Assembly (NCBI RefSeq): GCF_902713615.1
Contig: NC_052164.1
Span: forward strand, 26,896,114-26,960,113
Length of the DNA stretch: 64,000 bases
From: Scyliorhinus canicula
Lineage: Eukaryota
Reading direction: 5' to 3'
The translations under genes and the position numbers were made by a program. Below the pieces are notes generated by a model, which was given only the letters and a program-made list of their open reading frames with translations, did no database searches and was not told where the DNA came from. This document shows positions 22,906 through 35,355 of the stretch, piece after piece (position 1 is the stretch's first letter; every line of letters starts with the position of its first letter).

Positions 22906-23243
22906 CTAAATGTGACACAATTAAGGTCACTTTTAGGACGATCAATTATCATGGGTAAATTTGTGTCAAATTTAGCAACACAATTGAAGCCTATACACAT
23001 TTTGCGATAGGTCAAATAGTCTTGGCACTGGCCAGAAGAATGTGAAAATGCATATAATGAAGTGAAAGAAGCTTGACTCAAGTCAGAGCTGTTACTTCAT
23101 TAGAATCCCAAGGTGAAGTTGCAACTTGCTTGCGATGCGACAACCTATGGGGTTGGTGCAAGAACCAATCCAGTGATGGGGAAGGAAATGGACCTGGTCC
23201 AAAAAGGAACACTGTCAGACGTTCATAAGAAAAATCCAGACCT

Positions 23244-23499
23244 TCAGCAGCAACCCGGGGGGGGGGGGGGGGGGGGAGGGTTGTTTCGGGGGAAGGGAGA
23301 AATGTGTATATGTGTTTATTGAATATGCCGGGTGTTTATCTATTTCTTCTTTTTGTAGTTACTGGAGAGGGGGGGGGGGGGGGGGGGGGGGGGTTGGTTT
23401 TGGGGGTTAGTGTATTTTTCTTTTTGTTGTTGTTAATACTGTTTTCTTGTTGTTATTTTCTGTTTTTGAAAATCTCAATAAAAATTATTTAAAAAAGAA
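23244..23499 (+). mobile_element. L1 3'UTR-only insertion
   Basis: G-rich UTR, AATAAA, A-tail; 17-bp TSD AAGAAAAATCCAGACCT at 23227-23243/23500-23516. Confidence 0.85.
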
Positions 23500-24965
23500 A
23501 AGAAAAATCCAGACCTCAAGCCCTACATCACACGAAGACTTGAGTTGACAATGCTGAATGGAATTCTTTTATGAGGCATCTGTGAGATTATTCCTCCGTG
23601 TTTGCGCAGTAGAGTTCTTGACCAATTGCATGAGGGACATCCTGGTGTGGTGAGGATGAAGGAATGACACATATTTATGTCTGCTGACCAGGGTTAGATG
23701 CTCAAATTGAAGAGAAAGCAGGGCAATGTCAATCCTGTGCAAAATGAAAGAACATTCCAACATATTACAACCATTACATCCGTGAGTATGGCTGACACAG
23801 CCCATGGAGAGAATACACATCAATGATGCTGGTCCATTGGAGAGACACATGCACTTGTATCCCTCCATCGACCAGCATAATCAATGTTTATGTACTTAGT
23901 GATTGTGGACGTACACACAAAATGGCCAGAGGTTACGATAATGAAGTCAATGATGACTGAGCAAACCATTGAGAAACTTGTCAAAATATTTGTAAGCTTT
24001 ATAACACTGGAGTAGATTATCAGTGATAATGGTACACAGTTTACTTCGAAAGAGTTTGAGGGCTACTTGAAGGGGAACTGCATACACCATATCAAGTCAT
24101 CTCCACATCATTCAACAATGAATGGATTGTCAGAATGTTTTGTGCAATCATTGAAGCATTCTATCAAAGTGCCGAAGGACCAGGAGACACTGGCAAGAAG
24201 AGTAAACAAATTCCTAATATCTTACTGGAAAACTGAACATGCTACCACGCAAAGTTCATCTGCAATGCTGTTGTTCAAGAGGAGGTTACGAATGAAACTC
24301 GGTTTCTTAACTCCACCTGATACTTCATAGGTCGTCAAATGGTAAGAACAAGCATAAATTTCGAGGAGGAAAAAAATTCTAAATGGAGAGTATTCAAACA
24401 GGGAGAGAACAAAGACCAGAGACAGTGATGAGTTCAGATTCTGTTTCTGAGGACTTTTCAATGCAATAGTGACAGATATTGGAATAACTACCCGAGGACC
24501 ACCATCTGCAGAAAGGAATTAGGTCACTGCCAAGGTCTCAAGTAGCCATGTTCAAGAATGCCAAACTCTATCAACAACACAACTCTATCGTCCAGCACAG
24601 GGATTGTCTTGTTGAAGTGTGTATATATATATAGAAATTTACGAAAGCGGACCTGCTGTATATGTTAATCATTGTTGTTGCACTAATGAAGTAAGAAGGG
24701 GTGCATCATGTATCAGAGAATAATTCCTGCTAGTTTAACATCATGTGGTACGTAGTGACATCAGTAGAGTGTTTGCGTGAACCTTTGGCAGATTGCCATA
24801 TTTGGTTGCATGAGCAACATCTCTTAATAAACCTCTCATCGGGTTTTACAAGAATCCACAGAACCTCCATACATTTTCTCTTTGTGGCAACGAAGAAATA
24901 TAACACTTACCAATAGTATTTTCGAGGCTATATTCAGGCTTGGCATACTTAGAAGCAGAAACAAG

Positions 24966-25668
24966 GGGCGGGATTCTCCAACCCCCCACTGGGTTGGAGA
25001 ATACTCCGGGAGGGGGGGGGGGGAAATCCCGCCCCGCTGCCAGATTCTCCAGCACCATTTTCGGGCAGGGGAGGGATTCAAGCCACACCGATCGGGAGCC
25101 ATTGGCAGCGCCCCCCCCCAGCAATTCTCCGGGCTGCGATGGGCTGAGCGGCCGTCCGTTTTTGGCCAGTCCCGCCGGCGTGGGTTACGCATGGTCCCAC
25201 ATGGTGGGGCCTGGCAGATAAGATGGCAGGGGTGGTCTCGGGGGGGGGGGGGGGGGTGTGTGGGGGGATCCGACCCCGGGGGGTGGCCCCACGGTGGCCT
25301 GGCCCGCAATCGGGGCCCACCGATCTATGAGCGGGCCTGTTCCATGGGGGCACTTCTTCCTTCCACGCCAGCCACTGTAGGGCTCCGCCATGGCCGGCAC
25401 AGAGATGAGAACCCCCATGCATGCGCTAAAATATGCCAGCCGGTCTGCGCATGCGCGGAATCACAATGGCAGTTCTGCGCATGCGCAAGATCACGACGGC
25501 CATTCCGCGCATGCGCAAACTCGCGCAGTCCCTTTAGTGATGGCTGGAGCGGTGCCAACCCCTCCAGCTTCAACCTAGCCCCCTAGACATGTGAGAATTC
25601 ATCTCCGTTGATGCCGGAGTTGTTGGCGCCGGTTTTCCCACCGGCGTGGGGAAAGGAGAATCCCGGCC
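24966..25668. mobile_element. PIF/Harbinger MITE
   Basis: TIR GGGCGGGATTCTCC / GGAGAATCCCGGCC, TSD AAG. Confidence 0.9.
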
Positions 25669-26815
25669 AAGATTTCTTAATACTACCGTGGAACATAAAA
25701 AGAAAATTGGAATAAATAAATTCATTTAAAAGTAAATATATTAATAGACAATATTGTTTCCTATAAAAAGGATGTAAGGATTTCTGTCAGGCTGTGCCAT
25801 TGATAGTCAACGGCAAATAGGGCTACTGTCAGCGGTCACAGGGTCCGTGCCCTGTGATAGACGGTAAGTATTCAAGAGAATGTGGTGGAGACTTAATGCA
25901 AAACAACAAAATGTCATTCCAAAAAAGAAAACACAAGGATCTTCACTCACAGCTTGGTCCCTTCTACAGATCTACTGAAATACTCCAGCACCAGCTGTTC
26001 ACCCAGCCTAGAGGATGAGGCTCAAATTATCCTCTGTGAATAGATCATTTCCAGTTGGAGTAGTCAATATCCTGTCCCACCAGGGTCACATCATTTGTAA
26101 TAAGATGAATGTGCCTGAGTGGGTAATAAAAATTTGAATCAGAACTAAATCAATAAATAATTCCACTTAAAATATTCATCAGAAGTGAAAACGGAATTAA
26201 ATAATGGCAAAATACAGTCCTTCATTTTGTGATAAGTATACAATGCGTTATTGATCGTGAATAGTATGAATTCCAGTAATATGTATAACTTTCTTAAAAC
26301 TACCCCTTATTCTTTCCAATTAATTAGTTTCTAAAGAGAAAATGTTTATATTATGTTTCTTATATAAAAGTCTCGTGTTGCTTCACAAGGCTGAGAGTTG
26401 GACACAGCAGTAAGCGGAATTTAGGAGGGGGGTAAATGGATTATTGGAGAGATAAAAAGCAGAATTTAATGCCATCTACTGCAGCGAGTTTCGATGCTGG
26501 GGGTGTTTCATTGGGCAGATGGGTGACAGGTGGGGCCCCTGCCGCTTTCCCACCTCAGACCTGAATAAGTCCAGGCTGTTTGTGGACAGCTTTTCCACCC
26601 TGCCACCAAACAAGGCCATTAAGTGAACAATTAGTGCCCCCAGCAGTGAGCAGGGGATATGCCACGTGGGAAGATTGAAAAGCAAAACACTGATGAGTTA
26701 GCGAGTGTTCTCCAGGTTGGGGGGTACTCAATGCCAAACACTGGGACCCCTTCTCCCCTATTTCCCACTCCCTTCCTTCTCCCCCTCCCTTCATCCTCCC
26801 CCTCCCTCCCCCCAG

Positions 26816-27692
26816 TGTAGCCATCTGGGGTGGCCACGTCCCTATTACAAAATGGACACTTGCAGAGAATGAAGGGAAAAATGGACAATGCTGAGAAAGC
26901 AAGCAGGTGCAAGGTTTGTCTGTGGATTGGAGTTTGCAGCTCCCAGACAAGACCGATACTGCAAAACCATTAGCATACTAATGAGCCATCCCCGGAGACA
27001 AAAGAGAAACATTTAAGCAAACGATACTAAAGCAGACACCCCGGCGCCAGAGGAGACTAGAACAAAGCAGGCCAACGGCCACCTAGGGCCCGCCCAGCAA
27101 TCAGGGCAGCCATCCCTTTATTGGAGGAAATCGATAGAAATGATCAGGATATGGTCCAATTAAATGGGACCAAGTTCAAGGACCGCCCAAAAGCACGCGA
27201 AGCCCCCTTTGGGTATAAGAGGAAATCCCCAAGAGAGAATCGTTCTTCTTGGCCTTGGCTCTCAGCGACGAGAGGCCTGCCGAGCAGCTGCACCAGAACA
27301 AGTAAGTCCAAAGTCAATGTACGCTACGAGATCGTCGCTCCTAGCTACTATTCCATACAAGTTCGATCCCAACAGCCTCAGAACCGGACAACGGCCATTG
27401 TTCCTCTGACTGAGTGGGCACCCAAAGCTAAGTATAGGCTTTAGTAGTAGTGATAGTTTCGTTAGTAGAGTTTGTGCATGAGTATAATTGACTGTGTGTG
27501 TAAATAAATGAGTATTGATTTTGAACTTACTAACTGGTGTATCGAGTCTTTGATCAGTATTCGATTTTGAACCTTGTGGTGGTATCGAAAGGTACCTGGC
27601 AACTCTTGAGCAAACATAATTAGAATTAAGGAAGGCGATCATATTAACCGCCATAACCAGAGCCAATTAAAGAGAGAACACAACGAGCAACA
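26816..27692 (+). mobile_element. Solo LTR, ~877 bp (ERV- or Gypsy-type)
   Basis: TGTAGC...GCAACA termini, flanks CCAG/CCAT, GC-box and CCAAT, TATAAG at ~27214, AATAAA at ~27503. Confidence 0.8.
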
Positions 27693-27817
27693 CCATCCTT
27701 TTCGCTCACAATATTGGGAAAATTATCCAATTCAACCTCCACAATCTTCCCAAGCTGACCTTTTCTGTTTCTGATACAGAGCCTTATGTGTAAGAGGGCA
27801 TTTAAAAAATGTTTTTG

Positions 27818-28680
27818 TTTATTTATTGTTTCAGGGATATGGACACCACTGGCTGGGCTGGCATTTATTGCCCATCCCTAATTACCCTTGCGAAGAGAGC
27901 GGTGAGCTACCATCTTGAATCTCTCCAGTTCAAACACCCTTGGTCCTATTATGAAGGGATGGTCACCCAGCGACAGTGAAGGAATGGTAATATCTTTCCA
28001 ACTGTGGATAGTGTGTGGTTTGGAGAGGATCTTGCAGGTGGTGGTGTTCCCATGTATCTGCTACCCATGTCCTTTTAGGTGATGGAGGTCAGAGGTTTGG
28101 AAGGTGCTGCTGAAGGGGCCTTGGAGAGTTACTGCAGCATATCATGTAGATCAGGGGTGGGCAAACTATGGCCCGCGCCGCCAAAGGTCTTTATGCGGCC
28201 CACCAAGATCAAGTCATTAAAAAAAAAAGATTTTTAAAATTTTTATTTATTTATTTATTTATTTATAATAAGTTTAATGGGGGGGGGGGCTGTTGGGTTA
28301 CTGGTATAGGGTGGATACGTTGACTTGAGTAGAGTGATCATTGCTCGGCACAACATGTGTTTCATGTGAAGTTTCTACTTTAAAATATTAATTAATAAAA
28401 ATTAATTGCTTTTTTTTCTTTAAACTGAGTTACTTTGTTTTTCAAATAAATGTGTTTCATGTAAAGTTTCTACTTTAAAATATTAATTAATAAAAATGTA
28501 TTGCTTTTTTTTTAAAAAACCTTTTATTTTGGCTATTTTAAATATTAATTATTTTACTTAATATACTATGCGGCCCTTTAAAATTGTGAATTTCTGAATG
28601 TGGCCCTTGCACGGAAAAGTTTGCCCACCCCTGATGTAGATGGTACACACTGCTGTCACTGTGCGTCAGCGATGGAGGGA
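27818..28680 (-). mobile_element. CR1-group LINE 3' end split by a hAT MITE
   Basis: Homologous to the 3' region at 10280-11330. Confidence 0.85.
28152..28633. mobile_element. hAT (Charlie-like) MITE
   Basis: TIR CAGGGGTGGGCAAACT / AGTTTGCCCACCCCTG, perfect 8-bp TSD ATGTAGAT. Confidence 0.95.
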
Positions 28681-29940
28681 GTTCTATTTTTCTATAGATC
28701 AAATATGGACAGACATTAGGCAGAGCACAGCTGAATTAGAGAAATGTCCATTATTTGGGCTAAATGCCAATTGAACTGCTTCAGAAGGGTGAAAGGAGCA
28801 GTATTACAGTTAATGTTCTGATTATCCCTGTTACTTCTGTTTTTATGCGGATTCACATTACACAGTTCACTAGATAGGCATCGCTGTCACCAGCGTACAG
28901 CGGCTAATGCATATTATGCTCTGCAAGAGGTGCTCATGAAAACATGTTGGACAGCGCCACCCTCCAAAAGCAGTAGTGTCATGGCAATGACATCACCTCC
29001 AAGTTCCTCTTCGAGTCACACGTCATGCTTGCCCCCACTCTTTCCTTGTTACCAGATCAATATTCTGGAATTTTCTACCAAACATGCCTGTGGGGAAAAG
29101 AAAAGTCAGACGGACCAGTGGTTCAAAGAGAAGGTGCTGCAGTACCTCTTCTTCACTGTGCACTCTTGCCATCTTCATTGAGTCTCATGAAAAGGGAAAA
29201 CAACACTAGACGTTCAGTTCTGAAAAAGAATAAAATATGGGTTGGCTAACCTTGTGCCAAGTTAGAAGCATATTGTTCCCTGTGAATTGTAGGATTCATT
29301 TCACAAGGAAGTCTCTGCAACCTGCAAATCAAACCGGCCGAGATTTCAACCCAGACCCGAGCAGTGGCACTCCCTTAACCTGTGTGATGTTCCACTTACT
29401 GTTTATTCCTGAGGGATAACATTTTATTACTCTGTGTGATTAATTACAACCTACTCATGTTTCAGTTGTTGGGGACACCTATCCCATTTTGCATTCTGCA
29501 GCTTCGTAAGCATACACTTTGACTTTTCTCTAGTGCTACTGTTCCACTCTTGAAAAAGGATAAGAGCCTCGGAGGTTGATTTATCTTCTTGTCGCCTTTT
29601 TTTTCTCTTTCTGAAAGGTCAGCTCTTTTGGGTCTACCTCATGCCTCCACAATGTCACGAGCTGTAGATGGGAAATCATCATTTATACTGACAGCATCCA
29701 ACTTTGAGGGGTAATATTTTGCAGCATCAATGCACTAACCTAGTGAACATTCTAATTGCATTCCTTGAGATGAGAATTGCACTTTCAATAAAGTAAACCC
29801 ATTCTAATCACCTTAAATAAATGATAAACAAGAGGCTCTCATATCTCGTGTTGGATTTAATATTATAGAAAGTGTTGGAGGGCTGTTATAACTTGGATCA
29901 TATGAATAATTAACACCACATTATGAACTTGGTAAATTAT

Positions 29941-30303
29941 GGAGGAGGTGGTGGGATAGTGGTATTGTCACTGGGCTTGTAATCTAGAGACTCAAGGCAA
30001 TATTCTGGAAGCCCAAAGTTTGAATCCCACCATGGCAGGAAGTGAAATTTGAATTCGACAAAAATCTGGAATCAAAAGTGGAATGATGACCATGAGTCCG
30101 TCAGAAAAATCCATCTGGTTCAATAATGCCCTTTCGGGAAGGAAATCTGCCACCCTTACATGCTCTGGCCTACATGTGACTCCAGATCCACAGCATTGAG
30201 GTTGACTGAAATGGTTTAGCAAGCCACTCAGTTCAAAGGCAATGAGGGATGGGCAGGCAATAATTGCTAGCTGAGCCAGTGACTCCCACACCTAATGAAT
30301 AAA
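29941..30303 (+). mobile_element. tRNA-derived SINE sharing its tail with the CR1-group LINE
   Basis: Head TAGTGGTATTGTCACTGG, B-box GTTTGAATCCC, tail GGGATGGGCA...CCCACA...ATGAATAAA. Confidence 0.8.
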
Positions 30304-30545
30304 GATTAAGTTTTGAAGATATATCTCCTCAAGCATTTTGTTTTAAAGTTAATTAATGTTATATTATATTGCTTTCCTAAGATGTACACAACTGAAGAAA
30401 ACTATTCAGTCCATCTTAATTTTATATATGTGGAAAGATAAAGAGCTAGAAATTGGTTTATGCCATTCTTTGGTCATTCGGTTTGCGCGGCCGAGCGCAA
30501 TCAGTGCTGCTGGATGGCTGCTTGCTGAACAGAGGGCCGAAGAGC

Positions 30546-30552
30546 ATGCGAG
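30546..30552 (+). CDS. Candidate micro first coding exon (ATG CGA G, MR, phase 1)
   Basis: A at -3, donor GAG|GTGCGT, small CpG cluster upstream at 30478-30500; very little information content. Confidence 0.15.
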
Positions 30553-30689
30553 GTGCGTACATGTTCCAGTTAATTTCCAGTTCTTAAAGGCAGTCTATCC
30601 TTCTTAAAGGAAAGCTACAATGGGGGATAGAAAGCTGTTCCTGCCTGATATTGGTGCAAAGTTGAAGAATTAACATGGAGAACCAGTCC

Positions 30690-30860
30690 GGCAAGAGGAC
30701 TTACAAGTAAGACATTAGTGACCGAGGAGGACAGAGGCAGAGAAGCCATCTTTTCACAGCAGGCCAAGAGGCCCTCTGGAGGGAATGGGAGTGCGTGGCA
30801 AAGGAGGGCAGTGCCATGCCTTGGCCACAAGCCTCTGGCAACAGTATAACCTCAGCTTGG
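30690..30860 (+). pseudogene. Decayed Harbinger Myb/SANT fragment
   Basis: LVTEEDRGREAIF...REWECVAKE...WQQ across frameshifts; resembles the 18048-18269 domain. Confidence 0.5.
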
Positions 30861-31029
30861 AGCACTGAGCCGGCTGTGAAGGAAGCAGCTAGAGGCGCAG
30901 TGCACCTTACACTGAGGATCATCAATTTCCAATTGGAATCTTGCATCAAGAATTTTTTAGACAAATTTATTAAAGCTGGAGTTAAAGGATTTGTTTGAGC
31001 TGATTCACAGTCACCAATGAATTAATTGG

Positions 31030-31770
31030 TCAGAAATTCATGTTCTACCACCAGTCACCAGTGGGCTTGTAGGCAGGGGAGGGAGAGTGAAATTGAAGGG
31101 ATAGGATTCCTTCCAGCTTCCCACCTTCCCTGACCTTGCAGCATTTTATGCTTGGGTGGACAAGGTCTCAGGTGGAAAGCCAGCCCTTGCCCCACCTGAG
31201 GCCCATAAATGGCCAATTAAGGCTATTTCCCATCCAATCTCAATTTTTAGTCTTATGAAGAATGAACTTGTGTGAAAGAAGCCTAAAAATCAATGGACTT
31301 AGATTTCAGATAGGAAGCAAACCTCTTTGTGTAGTCAGACCACCCTCTCCCCGACAAAAGGTTTGATGACCTTTGGACTACCCTACCGCCCTGGGCCTCT
31401 ATCCCGAGATGCCATTCCCCACCATTACCCTTCGCACTACCCCAGGCCTTTCATACCTTCTCTACCCTGGGACCGCTTGAACTTTCTTTGGACTTTGGTG
31501 GCTGGACCTATTCTCAGGCATCCTCTTGCACATCCTCTTCAGCTTAGTCCACCACAGCTCTCGTCACTTCAGGGACTGGCGAGCTGGTGGCTAATCTGAT
31601 CGGCTGGCAGCTCTCTGGACTTCCTACCAAGCGAGGGGCAGAAGTCCAGCCTGCAGCCACTTAATGCTCATTCGAGTGTGTAATTGCTGTTGGGCACTCA
31701 GGCATATTCCCTGTCAGCTCTTCAGGTGGTGGGAAGCAAGACACCGCCATCTGAAAAATTCAGAGCATTG
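31030..31770. mobile_element. Old non-autonomous DNA transposon (Harbinger-like)
   Basis: Degenerate inverted ends (CAGAAATT / AATTCAG); motifs such as CCACCTGAGGCC shared with 55040-56755 and 26420-26810. Confidence 0.4.
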
Positions 31771-32414
31771 TAATGAAGTAAGGTGCAATTTTTGAGAGAT
31801 TGGATGCCGTCTCAGATTGTGAAACGTAAACATCAATGTGTGTAAAAAGTACATAAACACATTGGAACTGTCAAACACATTGGAACTGTAAAGAGAACTG
31901 TCAACAGAAACTCAGAGAAGAAGTGTTCAACAGAATTGTCAAGAGGAGCTTTCATGCAGTCAAGGATTTTAAAACTCCTGCCCTTTAAATGTGTGATAAA
32001 TCTACCTGCAGTATTTTTTTAAAAACAGTCCTTTCTATTTTATTCTATTTGCTGACATAAACCTGAGGATAATCATTACAGGATTAGTGTTGCATGACTG
32101 ATTGTACACCCTTTCATTATCAATCTGCCTGTCAGTTCACAATTTTATTGACAGCTGAAAGTGGTTATAAACTCTTTGAAGTGGGGCTATTAATCCCAAT
32201 ATTTATTAATCAGATTGATTTTTTTAAAATAGTGAGTTCATCAGTAGACGCTTAAGAACTTTATTTAATCTGAGCATGAATCCTAAGATTTGCTCATGCT
32301 GGATACAGGGTTAGTTGGCTTGAAAGATGTAAGTGCGTAGATGGGGGGCATGAGTTGGTATGAAGTTGGAAGAGAGGTTATGAAGGTCTAGGGATATGGG
32401 TAGAGTAGAGAGTT

Positions 32415-32598
32415 ATAGAATCATAGAATTTTTACAGCATGGAAAGAGGCCCTTTGGACCATTGTGTCCACAATGGTCATCAAGCACCGATCTACCGAAA
32501 TCCCATTTTACAGCACTTGACACATTGTATGTTATGGCATTTCATATGCTCATCTAAATACTTCTTAAATGTTGTGAGGGTTCCCACCTCTACCATCT
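32415..32598 (-). mobile_element. CR1 3' tail fragment
   Basis: ATAGAATCATAGAA tail then CR1 3'UTR reverse complement. Confidence 0.7.
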
Positions 32599-32600
32599 AC

Positions 32601-32946
32601 GCAGCACGGTAGCATTGTGGATAGCACAATTGCTTCACAGCTCCAGGGTCCCAGGTTCAATTCCGGCTTGGGTCACTGTCTGTGCGGAGTCTGCACATCC
32701 TCCCAGTGTGTGCGTGGGTTTCCTCCGGGTGCTCCGGTTTCCTCCCACAGTCCAACGATGTGCAGGTTAGGTGGATTGGCCATGATAAATTGCACTTAGT
32801 GTCCAAAATTGCCCTTAGTGTTGGGTGGGGTTACTTGGTTCTGGGGATAGGGTGGAGGTGTTGACCTTGGGTAGGGTGCTCTTTCCAAGAGCCGGTGCAG
32901 ACTCAATGGGCCGAATGGCCTCCTTCTGCACTGTAAATTCTATGAT
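32601..32946 (+). mobile_element. HE1/V-SINE
   Basis: Full head, core and tail ATGGGCCGAATGGCCTCCTTCTGCACTGTAAATTCTATG. Confidence 0.92.
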
Positions 32947-33464
32947 ATCCTTTCAGGCAGAATTCCTTTAAGTGACAACAACATTAAGCTTTAAGCCTTT
33001 AAGTGAGAACCAAATTGTGTAAACAAACAGCCATGTACTCTGAAACCACATCAAAGGCAAAACATGTTATTACAACCTTTTATTAACTGTCAGTCACCTC
33101 CCCTAAACAGCCTTTGGAACTCAGCCAAGAATTCATAATGGCCACAGGTCTCAAAACATTAGGTCCAATGCCAAATACTAAAGTTGATGGAACAAATAGG
33201 GTTTCCTGCATTTCAAAGGAGATTACCTGCCAATCAATGGAGGAGAGCAGGGCCTTGGATTTTCTTTGCCTTCCAAAAGTAGGAGTTTTTTTTACAGTCA
33301 GAGATGTCTGTACATGTAAATTCCAGTGTCAAACAGGACAAGGAGGGTTTTCCAACACATTTTTCTTAATTTTTGAATGCATTATCACACTTTCCCAAAT
33401 AAAAAAGATACTATAATGAATGCCAACTCTTACACAATTCCGGTTAATGTAATGATCAATTTAC

Positions 33465-33668
33465 CTTTGCAGAAAGAGCCCTATGATAAATCCTGCATGA
33501 AAAACACATTTCAATTCCAGTTGTGGCGTGTAATAGCGACATTTGAAGTTGTCGATATACTTCCCACTTTTACACTTACCTTTCAAAATGTCCCCAACTC
33601 GTCAGTAGTTTTCCCTCGATGGTTATGTACGTTCCAAGATGGTGCGCTCTTTCAGAGTTCCCAAAAAC
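33465..33668 (-). other. Candidate exon pair (33668-33580 and 33492-33465)
   Basis: TGCAG acceptors with pyrimidine tracts, donors AAG|GTAAGT and AAG|GTAAAT, 87-nt intron; spliced 117 nt is open in one frame; product not recognised. Confidence 0.3.
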
Positions 33669-34288
33669 CTGCACCAGAACAAGAAAATAGTGTCGGGAGG
33701 AAGTAGTTTTCCTGCGTTCCTCACAATGGTGACCCCCGAGCTTCAAAGAGGTGTATGTGCATTTTGCACCCAAGGTTGCCGACATTCAAAGAGCCACAAG
33801 AAAATGACAAGGGACCAGGAAAGCATAGGGAAATTGTCTTTCCAGCTAAAACATAAGTTCAGGGTCCAGTGGCCCAATTTGTACTTCCACTAGAAGATGA
33901 AAATCTAGTCCCAAATGCTCAAAAGCAAACAACCTATAGGATGGACAAGGGGTTTATATTGTACCTGTTTCAGTGCTAAACAAATGATATCATCTTAATT
34001 GTTTTACCATTGAGAAGAAAACATTTTTGTTTATCAAATGGGCTGTATTACCATCAACATAAAGACAATGGCATAATTGAGAACAGCTTTTCCTCCACTC
34101 GTATCCTGGTTTGCACCATCTCAGCCATATGAAGAGGACTGCAGGGTCTCTGAGTAATGATTGATCTGGGGCCTAGTTTAAAAAATAAAAACAGGTTTCT
34201 GTTCCTCTTATTAAAAAAATTATATAGTGCAAGTTGTACTTCTAGTATCTTACTGCCTTCTAAGCATTCTACTTGAGACTGGATCTAT

Positions 34289-34990
34289 GGGTGAGATTTT
34301 CCCTGATATTGGCAAAGGCCAATATTGGGCAGAAAAAGTGGTGTTGAGACCAACGATGGCAATGGCGACTTTTTTCCGCTACATAATGCAGAACCGAGAG
34401 GAAAAAGAAAGCAAGCAGGGGTTCCACGACGTATCGCTGGTGGCTGGTCTCAACTCAGTGCTTCAATGATATGGGTGCCAGCCATCACGTAGTGAGCGTA
34501 CCAGGGAACATTGTTCCCTAGGTCCACCCCCGGCACCCCTGGAACCGTCCTGCCATCACCCTGGCATAAAAGGCATCAGCCTAGCCATCAAACTAGCATC
34601 AAACTGACAGCCCCTGACATTACCCTGACAAGGCCCTCCACCCCCCTGAGCACTATGTTCACTTCCAAGCACCCCTCTCTGTATTGCTCGCCAGGTGCAC
34701 ATCTGCCGAGACCAGTCACAGATCACGCCATTCTGACATCACGCCATTCTGACATCACGCCACAGTGGCCTCATTTCTTGATGCGGGGGGTATGATTCTG
34801 GCATGTGGGCGCAATAATGTTACTCAATGTATTACAATGAGGCTGAACAGTGGGAAACATGGTCCGCCACTGGCAGGAAGGAGGGGATGATTTTTATGTC
34901 GACGTGAAAGGCAACTTTGGCCTTCTTGCAATATTTTCCGTTATTGACGCCACATCCGAACCACGTGAATCGGAACGGAAAATCCCAGCC
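34289..34990. mobile_element. Older Harbinger-type MITE
   Basis: TIR GGGTGAGATTTTCC / GGAAAATCCCAGCC, flanks TAT/TGT. Confidence 0.6.
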
Positions 34991-35355
34991 TGTGTTTGAA
35001 CTGTGTATAGTTGAGTTGAAGGTATGCCACCATCTGGAGAAAGTCATATTCGTTCATCGGCAAGCTGGCCTGCTCATGGGAATGACATTTCTGCTGTTGA
35101 CACGAGTCAGATTTATTGAGTGTGTGATCCTGTTGTAAAGTGCTCCTTGTGAACAAGCTATAATATTCATCAAAGCAAGGGAGAGGCTGTTCAGTCATTC
35201 AGTCTCTTAGTTTAATCTACAGTCTGTTCAGGTTGTATTTGATGGCATATTCTATAAACAAATCAAAGTTATTTAACGGTGAGTATTTTACCATATTCAA
35301 ATAAACAAACGAACAAGTTCTTCTGTTGTCCATGAAGCAATAACATTCCATTGTT

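Larger units (their letters stand above)
19772..24905 (+). mobile_element. Decayed full-length Ty3/Gypsy (Mag-like) LTR retrotransposon
   Basis: LTRs 19772-19970 and ~24704-24905; PBS at 19979; gag from ~20780 with two zinc-knuckle remnants; protease (MEVNMGAEVSLI), RT (SVRICGDLK, YPLP, FSKID, LDD), RNase H (LACDA..YGVGA), integrase (HEGHPG, SDNGTQFTS) in Gypsy order; purine tract before 3' LTR; many stops and frameshifts. Confidence 0.93.

Noticed and set aside
29057-29240. Possible exon after a pyrimidine-rich acceptor
   Set aside because: No good donor and no recognisable peptide
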